Shown piece by piece: positions 7,878 through 15,750 of a stretch of 64,000 nt of DNA. Source of the stretch: a virus; IMG/VR virus record IMGVR_UViG_3300045988_130724, positions 1 to 64,000 of that record; one strand, written 5' to 3'. The first letter of the stretch is position 1, and the number at the start of each line of letters is the position of its first letter. The notes under the pieces were generated by a model. That model was given only the letters and a program-made list of their open reading frames with translations, searched no databases and was not told the origin of the DNA. The translations under genes were made by a program, and so were the position numbers.

Positions 7878-8983
7878 TGTCCAATTATATTAGTTAATAC
7901 GTAATCAATTAATTCTTGCTCTGTGAATCCGTCTGCCTCTGTTGGTATGGAGTCAAAGGCGATGGAGTTATAAAAAGCGATTCTAGAAAAATAGCCAGAA
8001 CTATGATGTTCGTTAGCAAAAAAAACAGGCTTTGTAGTATTGGTAGAATCGACTGTACCATTCACAATTGTAATAGTATGTTTAACATTGAATAATTCTT
8101 GGCAGTAAATAGACTTATTCAACATGCCATCTATATAAGTTACACCACTAGGGTTTATGTTATTATATGCAATTGAATTAATCTTAACATAAACCCAAAA
8201 CGGGCTGTTCATACCACTTTGAGCATAATATGCCTTACCAACGTTATCCCCTATCGGATTAACCGTCATAAACAGCATCTTCACTCCACTACTCAGATTC
8301 TCTACCAATCCGTAATCATCTACACCATCTGTCACTAATGCACCGGGATATTCGGGTATCTGAGTAATGGTGATGTCTGTGGAGTAGGGTTGGTCAGCAA
8401 CTAAAGTGATATATCTATAATTAGGACTTGGCGAGTCTGTAATATCGAATGCAACTTGATTATCGCCATTATGTAATTCAATTTTCAAATCATATTGAGT
8501 GTTGAATTGCTTTACGTATACTTTATTGCCTTCCTTTATCCCTTCTACATGCCAATTAACATGCAATATATTCCCATTATAATTTTGCACATAATAAAAG
8601 CCAAACCCTGTACCGTTTGAATTAGACAGTTTACCTCTTACATATCTGTCGTGTATTGTTTCAAATTCAATACCTTTATCTTGATTAAAAGGTATATTCT
8701 TATATCCATCTATACCCGACATGCCATTGAACAAGAAGTTGTTTAGTTTCATTCTCCTTCCTTTACCCGACAAGTCCTGCAAGTAAGCAGACTCCTTCAA
8801 TGTTTCGTTGGTCGCACCTTGCTTCTTTACGTCATAGTAGAAAACGATATGCTCCCTTATCCATTGAGGGATAGGGGAAGGCTTGGAACCACCGCCACCC
8901 GAACGGATTTCGCCAATGTGATTCAGTGCGATTGTATTCAACCGCACCGAATTTAAAGATATTGTGTTAACCTTCATAATCAC
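7874..8983 (-). CDS. hypothetical virion or receptor-binding-type protein (possible LamG/jelly-roll)
   Basis: 369 aa. 'LQDLSGKGRRMKLNNFLFNGMSGIDG' resembles LamG-type 'DLSGNGN..L.N' motifs. It is in an operon with its neighbours. Confidence 0.4.
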   Translation of the reverse strand: MIMKVNTISLNSVRLNTIALNHIGEIRSGGGGSKPSPIPQWIREHIVFYYDVKKQGATNETLKESAYLQDLSGKGRRMKLNNFLFNGMSGIDGYKNIPFNQDKGIEFETIHDRYVRGKLSNSNGTGFGFYYVQNYNGNILHVNWHVEGIKEGNKVYVKQFNTQYDLKIELHNGDNQVAFDITDSPSPNYRYITLVADQPYSTDITITQIPEYPGALVTDGVDDYGLVENLSSGVKMLFMTVNPIGDNVGKAYYAQSGMNSPFWVYVKINSIAYNNINPSGVTYIDGMLNKSIYCQELFNVKHTITIVNGTVDSTNTTKPVFFANEHHSSGYFSRIAFYNSIAFDSIPTEADGFTEQELIDYVLTNIIGQ

Positions 8984-9261
8984 TCCAAAATTAATGCCTT
9001 GACAGGCTTAACATTGCACTGAATCTTGATATGCTGCTTACCAATAACACCTTCGATGTTCTTCTGCCAAACCGACCCGACACCGTAATCGACTTCAAAC
9101 GCCACCCAACTCTCACCGTCCAAACTCTGATACAATACCACCTTGGACGGATGTGTATCGAATACCAATTGCAAACCAAATGTAGACGCAGCAGGCTGAA
9201 ACTTATACTCCTGATTGGAGCCGGATGCTGCAAAATTGCCGGTTATATCCTTTAATGCCAT
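8980..9261 (-). CDS. hypothetical small beta-rich protein
   Basis: 93-aa ORF between the endolysin gene and the 369-aa protein gene, with a 4-nt overlap downstream. Confidence 0.5.
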   Translation of the reverse strand: MALKDITGNFAASGSNQEYKFQPAASTFGLQLVFDTHPSKVVLYQSLDGESWVAFEVDYGVGSVWQKNIEGVIGKQHIKIQCNVKPVKALILE

Positions 9262-9272
9262 AATTGTAGATT

Positions 9273-9671
9273 TTATAAACTTAATACCTGTTTCCGATTC
9301 TTACCATCTGCCCTAAAGCTTACATGTACCCATGCGAAGTTGCTCTCATCAATCAACTGGTCATAAGGCAGGTTCTTGCGGATATACTCAAACAACAACT
9401 TATTCTGCTGTCTGTCTCCCGTATCGATATCGGCTGCTTCACCCTTCATGTGCTGAGAAGACTTGCTTCCCTTGACGGCTTCATTCAGCTCCGGGCAGCG
9501 ATAACCGCTGTTTACTGTTATAGGCTTTCCCCACCATGTGCGTAATGGGTCCAGTACGTTATCCACCAAGGCAGTAAGAGCCGTTACATGCTCCTGTCTG
9601 CATCTGTTGTTGATACCCAAGCGGTCGGCAGTCGTGGACTTGCACAGCTCCGCAATTGTAAAAAACTTCAT
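9273..9671 (-). CDS. endolysin, peptidase M15 (D-Ala-D-Ala carboxypeptidase-like Zn peptidase)
   Basis: 132 aa with 'NSGYRCPELN', 'SQHMKGEAADI' and 'WVHVS'. It overlaps the holin stop by 4 nt. Confidence 0.85.
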   Translation of the reverse strand: MKFFTIAELCKSTTADRLGINNRCRQEHVTALTALVDNVLDPLRTWWGKPITVNSGYRCPELNEAVKGSKSSQHMKGEAADIDTGDRQQNKLLFEYIRKNLPYDQLIDESNFAWVHVSFRADGKNRKQVLSL

Positions 9672-10138
9672 TTCTTTTCCTCCTTAATTACTTCTTTAAT
9701 ATCTTCTTTGTCAACCTTTAATGTCTTGCCGAAAATCAGCCTGAACGCTTCGACAATATTCAGCTCGATTCCCTTTGGCTTAAGTATGTTGCTGATAATC
9801 GAGCACATTTCCAAAAAACACACCATCAGGCAGGAATACATATCGATGTCGTAACGGCTGCCCGATGCCTTGTTTATCATAACCACCATGAATACAAAGC
9901 TGAAATATGTAACCATCTTGCCCATGGTTCGCCTTACCGCCCGACTGAACCGGACCTGTTCGCCCATTATAATACTCTTTCTCAGCCCGCAGGCTAAATC
10001 ACATATAATCACGGCAGCAGACACTATCAGCCACGGAATCATGTGTTCTATACTCTCCTGGACGAATGCGGCAGCTATTCCTGCCAATCCTCCGGCTACG
10101 CTCTTATCGATGCCATCTCTAACTATTGCACTAATCAT
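9668..10138 (-). CDS. holin-family membrane protein
   Basis: 156 aa with several hydrophobic helices ('IPWLIVSAAVIICDLACGL', 'MVTYFSFVFMVVMI', 'LMVCFLEMCSIISNIL') and a charged C-terminal tail. It lies immediately upstream of the endolysin gene. Confidence 0.7.
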   Translation of the reverse strand: MISAIVRDGIDKSVAGGLAGIAAAFVQESIEHMIPWLIVSAAVIICDLACGLRKSIIMGEQVRFSRAVRRTMGKMVTYFSFVFMVVMINKASGSRYDIDMYSCLMVCFLEMCSIISNILKPKGIELNIVEAFRLIFGKTLKVDKEDIKEVIKEEKK

Positions 10139-10205
10139 TTGTCGGATTAATTTTTAATGTTATATTTGCAAACCTTGTTAACCAAAACGCGAAAGCTAAT
10201 CTTGA

Positions 10206-10237
10206 TTCCCTGCCCGCCTGAGAAGGTATGCAGGGAA
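10206..10237 (-). terminator. hairpin downstream of the tail-fibre gene (possible terminator)
   Basis: 8-bp stem ttccctgc/gcagggaa with a 16-nt loop. There is no clear U-tract on the - strand. Confidence 0.3.
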
Positions 10238-10275
10238 ATTTTTCACTAAAGCAACTGATACAGTTTATTTGCATT

Positions 10276-13041
10276 CTACAATTCGTAAAGATTGAGATTT
10301 TTAGAAATACATTTTTTATTAAGGAACTCTATATAATCTCTACCTTTGTCAGAATCCTTGATATATGGCGTATAAAAATAAGGCTTGACATCATTAGCCC
10401 CCCTTAAATTATACCATGTTGTCATGTATGCTAATCTAACATCATATTGCATCAGTAACCTTAGATATAGTTGGTTGGTGTAAAAGTTGTCTCGTGATGC
10501 GAATTTATTGCCGGTCTCAGGTAAACACGGTATTTTATTTCTTAATTCCGCTGCAATCACAATTCGCCTTATTACAGGCAGAAAACTCTCTATTTTATTG
10601 CCAATATTGGGAGTTATATCTTCGCTCCAGTCAACAGAATCATTAAAATAGATATCCGAACCAACTACGTCCACATATTCATTGCCCGCATATCTTTCAA
10701 AAATGGAATCTTCACCGGATAACGGATTGACACTAGGGTTATATGCCCACAGCACATTAGTACACATTCCATTTATATGCCTAACCATTCTTCTCCAAAC
10801 TTCCTTATACTCTTCTGATGTACAGTTGTTCCACCACTTAGTCATACCGTAAGCGCATTCATGGAATGGCCTGAATATAATGGGAATTTTGTTACCTTCT
10901 TCATCGACAAGAAGGTTAAAAAAGTCTGAGGCTGATCTTAGAAAATCATCAAACCATTTTTTTGCGACACCTCCATCCTTCTCGTTAAGTATCTGATAAA
11001 AAGCATTCGGGTATGTGCTGTTGATATGGTCGTATGAACCGTCCCCATAAGGGTTGTTGGCATGGTAGCAAAATGTTATGACTCCTCCGATCTCTTTATA
11101 ATATTTTTTCACCAAAGAAATAAATGTAAGTTTGTAAAATTCGGCTAATTCATTTTCCCCGGAAAAATGAAAATTCAAATATTTGTTCAAATCCAAGGCC
11201 AATACATTACCGAACTTCCCTGCCATGTCATATATACCGCTGTTAAGCGACAAGTCTATTTCATCAGATGCTTTTTCCACCCACACATTATCAACCTTTT
11301 TAACATACAAAGGATTGGTTTCCTGATTAGCCCACGGTGTTCCATCATTTCTTATTCCGCAGGTAAAATCTTCTTCTTGCCCATACAGCACATTGTTTGT
11401 AAAGGCATTGCGTCTGAGGTTGTAATATAACGCAATAGTTTGCAATGATGCATTTTTGTTGCTGATGTACTGTTTGCAAAACTCTATCTTATCGTTTACG
11501 CTCTCTTGGGCTTGCAATTTATCTCTTACCGACAAGGCTTCACCGCTTCTGTTTATATTCTGAGATGTTATGTATGCGTATATGTAAGGACTGTTAGTTA
11601 TATCGTAACATGGCATCTTACAGTTTTTTTTGAAAGAATACATTCCATCTTTAATGCTATTTAAATCTAATAGAGCGTACCCGTACCCCCCTGCATCGGG
11701 ACCTCCACTATCCTCAACGAATTTAACGAGTGTTCTCTTACTGGCGGGTATCATCTCCCGTATAAATGATACTTGATTACCATCCTTATCTATGGCAAGC
11801 GAAATCGTATTGTCACTTATTTTTAAATACCTTAAACCGATGTTATCCTGCTCTGTCTTTCTGACGTAATAAAATTCCTTGATTATTTCACCAAGTAGGT
11901 AATCATTAAAGTATAAGCCTCCATTGATATCCTCATTCTGAATCTTATATGACAATTCGCGCATTTCTATGAATAGCTTATCATCCTGTGAAACCTGAGA
12001 ATCGTCAAAACCTACATAGACGGTAAGTGAGGCAATAGGCTTCTTATAATACAGGCAAACAGGTGTATCCAGCACGAATTGGAATGATTCGGTACTACCG
12101 TCGCTAAATCCTATTGTGTAGTACAAACCTGTGACAGGGATATTTTTTTTGCTACCTTGCGAATCTGCTATGTACATTAACAGTTTACTTGTGTTATCCA
12201 TTACATACGGCAATTGAAACGTTTTTTTAAAAAAGAAATAGCCACTTTCTTTTTGAATGGAATCAGAAATAACTGTCGAACCTTCTTTTATGATATCCAT
12301 TTCCTTAGACATTATTTCTTGCATATTAGATAACACTCTATTTTGGTCAAGAGCATATAAGTAAGGAGAATTCTTTATATTGTAAGCTGTTTTTTCAATT
12401 CTTGCTTTGGTTGCAAAATTGGAATTTTCCGGCAAGGCCGACCAGTTAACAACTAATTTGACAGTAATCTTTTCCTCGTTAATAGAGCCACTAAACTCAA
12501 GGTAGTTATCTTCTGCATAATTATTTGCAAAGAAATCTATAACGTTACCATCTTCATCGCATATTGCAACCTGCCAATACTTAATATCGGAATCGTTTTG
12601 AGCACTTGACGAACGTCTGATTTGTTTCACGAATAGTTTTTTTGTTGTTCCTTCAATGTAAAATTCTTTAATAAAAGAGGCATAAAACTTGTTTTCAACA
12701 AAAAACGGAACTTCCACAAAAAACCATTTTTGACGGTTGTTAAAACCTCCTCCTTGATACTCCCATGTTTCGATCTCCCCGGTCACTCCCACGAACGACA
12801 ACTTCAATCCATTTCTCCTAAGTCCTACGGGAACCTTATCTATGGCTGTTTCCAGCGTATATCTGTTACCGCCTTGGATATTATCGGCAGTAACACCGCC
12901 GGTCGGATAGACCACGGATACATTTATCTCGTTTATGAGCGCGTCTATCGAAGTACCTGTTCCGGGATGTTTAACTGCATCAGTGGTTGTAGCCGGGTAA
13001 ATGGTCTGACCACCTTGGGTGAGTTTGTGAATTTTAGCCAT
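10276..13041 (-). CDS. tail fibre / receptor-binding protein with a C-terminal GH26-like (clan GH-A) glycanase domain
   Basis: 921 aa. Fibre-type N-terminus 'QTIYPATTTDAVKH'. The C-terminal third carries 'FRPFHECAYGMTKWWN', 'YVDVVGSDIY' and 'LPETGN', resembling GH26 catalytic motifs. Confidence 0.65.
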   Translation of the reverse strand: MAKIHKLTQGGQTIYPATTTDAVKHPGTGTSIDALINEINVSVVYPTGGVTADNIQGGNRYTLETAIDKVPVGLRRNGLKLSFVGVTGEIETWEYQGGGFNNRQKWFFVEVPFFVENKFYASFIKEFYIEGTTKKLFVKQIRRSSSAQNDSDIKYWQVAICDEDGNVIDFFANNYAEDNYLEFSGSINEEKITVKLVVNWSALPENSNFATKARIEKTAYNIKNSPYLYALDQNRVLSNMQEIMSKEMDIIKEGSTVISDSIQKESGYFFFKKTFQLPYVMDNTSKLLMYIADSQGSKKNIPVTGLYYTIGFSDGSTESFQFVLDTPVCLYYKKPIASLTVYVGFDDSQVSQDDKLFIEMRELSYKIQNEDINGGLYFNDYLLGEIIKEFYYVRKTEQDNIGLRYLKISDNTISLAIDKDGNQVSFIREMIPASKRTLVKFVEDSGGPDAGGYGYALLDLNSIKDGMYSFKKNCKMPCYDITNSPYIYAYITSQNINRSGEALSVRDKLQAQESVNDKIEFCKQYISNKNASLQTIALYYNLRRNAFTNNVLYGQEEDFTCGIRNDGTPWANQETNPLYVKKVDNVWVEKASDEIDLSLNSGIYDMAGKFGNVLALDLNKYLNFHFSGENELAEFYKLTFISLVKKYYKEIGGVITFCYHANNPYGDGSYDHINSTYPNAFYQILNEKDGGVAKKWFDDFLRSASDFFNLLVDEEGNKIPIIFRPFHECAYGMTKWWNNCTSEEYKEVWRRMVRHINGMCTNVLWAYNPSVNPLSGEDSIFERYAGNEYVDVVGSDIYFNDSVDWSEDITPNIGNKIESFLPVIRRIVIAAELRNKIPCLPETGNKFASRDNFYTNQLYLRLLMQYDVRLAYMTTWYNLRGANDVKPYFYTPYIKDSDKGRDYIEFLNKKCISKNLNLYEL

Positions 13042-13129
13042 ATAATTTCTATTTATTATAGCTTAAGTTCCGCAAGAACTTAGGCTGCTGTTGTCTTATG
13101 TAATTATTCATTTTTCTTAAGATTAAAAA

Positions 13130-13342
13130 TTATATTGATGTCACATCGTCAATTTCCTCGGCAAGCAGATACTTCTTGTCAGCGTCTACTGTTTTCTGAT
13201 AAGGTGTTAAATCAGGTGCCACATATTTTTTTAATGCATCGGAAGATGTCCTTCCGTTTGTATTCCCTTCCTGAAAGGGTATGCTTTCCTTGCCGTTCAG
13301 TGTTGTCCGTTCGGCAAGCTCGTTAATCGTTTTTCCTGCCAT
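13130..13342 (-). CDS. short fibre-N-terminus-like protein
   Basis: 70 aa. 'INELAERTTLNGKESIPFQEG...SSDALKKYV' is typical of phage fibre or adaptor N-termini. Confidence 0.45.
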   Translation of the reverse strand: MAGKTINELAERTTLNGKESIPFQEGNTNGRTSSDALKKYVAPDLTPYQKTVDADKKYLLAEEIDDVTSI

Positions 13343-13353
13343 AATTATTTGTT

Positions 13354-13887
13354 TTACATTATAAACATTCTGCCAATCTCCGCCAATACGGTGATGCCAT
13401 TAACCTTGATTTCCCCGTCTTCATTTTTCCCGATTGCAAACTCCTTATCCGTAGGGATAACTTCCGCAATGGAAACCAAATCATCCTCTGTGAGTGCCCT
13501 TTCGCTGACTGTATAGTCATTGTCTGCCGAAGCGCATTCTCTTGCCTCTTCAAACTCGCGCATCAATGTTTTTTTCATATCAACATAAGAGAGGTATTCC
13601 TCACTCTGCTTAATCGACTCAAGCTCTTGTTTTTCTTCGTTGCTTATGTTTCCTTTCTTCTCCAATTCATTCACTCGTGGGAAGGCTTGGGCGTCATATC
13701 CTTCGGGCTTCAGCTTGGCATAGATACCGCGCATATCCTCGTTAAAGCTCTCCATTGCCTTTTCGTAGGCTACCAAATTCAAGATAATCTTCACCTTCGT
13801 TTTATTGGCAAGCGGCTCGCCCTCATCCGATTTCAGAGGCACGAGTTGCAAAAAACTCATTTTTTTGATGATTTCGTTGATTTTCAT
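13354..13887 (-). CDS. acidic hypothetical protein (tail-region accessory)
   Basis: 177-aa ORF, tightly packed within the tail operon. Confidence 0.5.
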   Translation of the reverse strand: MKINEIIKKMSFLQLVPLKSDEGEPLANKTKVKIILNLVAYEKAMESFNEDMRGIYAKLKPEGYDAQAFPRVNELEKKGNISNEEKQELESIKQSEEYLSYVDMKKTLMREFEEARECASADNDYTVSERALTEDDLVSIAEVIPTDKEFAIGKNEDGEIKVNGITVLAEIGRMFIM

Positions 13888-14123
13888 TTTGCACCTCCTT
13901 CCTTGGGAATGGAAGACAATATGCTTCTAAGCATACTCTCTATATCTTCGATGGGAACTTTCATGCCTACTGTCATGGTAAACCCTGTGGGCATGATAGA
14001 GGCTGTGCCGACATAAGCATCTCCATCCAATACGATATATTGGATATCATTGGTTGTGTTGTTTGAGACTTCACCGTTTTCATAAAGCCTTGTAATACTT
14101 TCTTTTTTTCTTATCAGTTCCAT
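13884..14123 (-). CDS. hypothetical small protein
   Basis: 79-aa ORF with a 4-nt overlap downstream. Confidence 0.5.
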   Translation of the reverse strand: MELIRKKESITRLYENGEVSNNTTNDIQYIVLDGDAYVGTASIMPTGFTMTVGMKVPIEDIESMLRSILSSIPKEGGAK

Positions 14124-14148
14124 ATCTTATAATTTAATGATTAGTATA

Positions 14149-15267
14149 TTATGGGTTAGGGTTCAAAGCCAAAGGATAAGCCTTCTTCGTGTACTTTCCG
14201 TTGGATAGTGTAACATATACATAGTACTCTTGCAAGAAATTCATCAAATCAAATTGACCCGATATCACAACCGGATTGTCCAGAGTCAAATCCTTGTCTC
14301 CTAAAGATTTTTGCTGCTCACCTGCCTGGAACGGGTCGGTCACGTCACTCGTTATGAATCGCAGACTAATCCAATTGTTGCGAAGTGTCATATTGCCATT
14401 GGTAGCCTTTAACTTGAGTTCCCACTTGACAGCCGTATTCAGACCTGTCATTGGATGCGTCACATACTCTGCATTCAGATTGATTACCAAACCACCCGCT
14501 TCTTCTTCCGATACATACTTAACCCTGCCGGGAGAGCAGTTCATAACGGGCAGGAACAAGTTAACCGAATCCAAGTCATAGATGCTATCAATCTTATTCA
14601 TGCAGAGAAACGGATATACATCATAATATTGACCTAGTGTCAGACCCCTGGCAGGCATTTCCAATGACACACCCGGCTTCACGTTCGCCAGTTTCCTTAC
14701 GATTCTGTTGGACGAGTCAACCAACATCGCCCCAAACCACCATGTTTCAAGGTTAGTCCCGAAATCTATATCGGACAACGTTATAGAGCCGGGTCCTGAC
14801 TTGTCCACATCGGTAATGTTGATTCCAACCGAACATGATATGGTTCCGGATTGGGATACTTTGGAATCGCACTGAAATGCGAATATGGGTGCCCATGCAT
14901 TATGCTTGTACAACAGAAAATCAGCCAACCTGTACGGACTCCCACTTCCTCCCCAAGGTCTCTCATAGGTATATCCGTTCATCTTGTCTTCCGTATACAG
15001 CTTGGGGATTTCCTCATAAGACGCTACAGGGGGCGGCTTAATGCCGCAATTCCTCATCGAGCCTTTCCACCACGCCCCTTCACCGTCAGATGGCATGCTC
15101 CTGTCAGGAGCGGCAGAGGCAATATGGACAGGCTTGCATCTTGACCACATATTAATCTCATGGCTCGTGCACAACCCGCTCACATTCGTTGCAGACGTCC
15201 CAAGAACGGCAGCAACGTCACTCCTCAGATTGACAGGAGACGTAATTACGTTATTCGAGTTAGCCAT
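14149..15267 (-). CDS. hypothetical virion (baseplate or tail tip) protein
   Basis: 372-aa ORF between the membrane-protein gene and the fibre genes. No motif recognised. Confidence 0.5.
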   Translation of the reverse strand: MANSNNVITSPVNLRSDVAAVLGTSATNVSGLCTSHEINMWSRCKPVHIASAAPDRSMPSDGEGAWWKGSMRNCGIKPPPVASYEEIPKLYTEDKMNGYTYERPWGGSGSPYRLADFLLYKHNAWAPIFAFQCDSKVSQSGTISCSVGINITDVDKSGPGSITLSDIDFGTNLETWWFGAMLVDSSNRIVRKLANVKPGVSLEMPARGLTLGQYYDVYPFLCMNKIDSIYDLDSVNLFLPVMNCSPGRVKYVSEEEAGGLVINLNAEYVTHPMTGLNTAVKWELKLKATNGNMTLRNNWISLRFITSDVTDPFQAGEQQKSLGDKDLTLDNPVVISGQFDLMNFLQEYYVYVTLSNGKYTKKAYPLALNPNP

Positions 15268-15268
15268 A

Positions 15269-15745
15269 TCAGTAGAGCAGTAACAGGGTTATATAAGTCG
15301 AGATAAAGGCACACATCTCCATCCAAAACACAGGCTTCTTGAACTTAAGGCATGCCAATACGATTACACCGCCAAGGAAGGTTATAAGAGGGACGTACCA
15401 AAAACTCATCAACACTTGCCATACAAGAGAGGCAAGCGCGCAGATTCCCGCGCTTACATAATGGATATTGCGGTTATAGTCCTCCTTGAACAAGGGAGCC
15501 GAGCCGACAAAAGCCAATGATGCACTTGCAATGAACGCCAGGAATTGGTATTCTTCCTTGCTGGCTTCAATAAACGATGCAACCAGCAGGGAAGATTCGG
15601 CAAGACAGAAGAGCGTGAACAGCCAACCCCTCTTTCCAAGCCGATAGTATGTGTCACTGATACTTGCAGGGATGCCATACATCCCGACTGTATATCCGAT
15701 ATAGGATACAAACAGAATAATCGAAACAATCAATAATGTAACCAT
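15269..15745 (-). CDS. polytopic membrane protein embedded in the tail operon
   Basis: 158 aa with 4-5 hydrophobic helices ('LLIVSIILFVSYIGYTVGMYG', 'WLFTLFCLAESSLLVASFI', 'FLAFIASASLAFVGSAPL', 'VSAGICALASLVWQVLMSFWYVPLITFLGGVIVLA'). Its stop abuts the next start. Confidence 0.6.
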   Translation of the reverse strand: MVTLLIVSIILFVSYIGYTVGMYGIPASISDTYYRLGKRGWLFTLFCLAESSLLVASFIEASKEEYQFLAFIASASLAFVGSAPLFKEDYNRNIHYVSAGICALASLVWQVLMSFWYVPLITFLGGVIVLACLKFKKPVFWMEMCAFISTYITLLLLY

Positions 15746-15750
15746 AGTTT

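Noticed and set aside
10163-10170. TATATTTG box on the + strand between the holin and fibre genes
   Set aside because: It matches the -7 consensus, but no + strand gene or structured RNA lies downstream. It is probably a chance match in AT-rich DNA.
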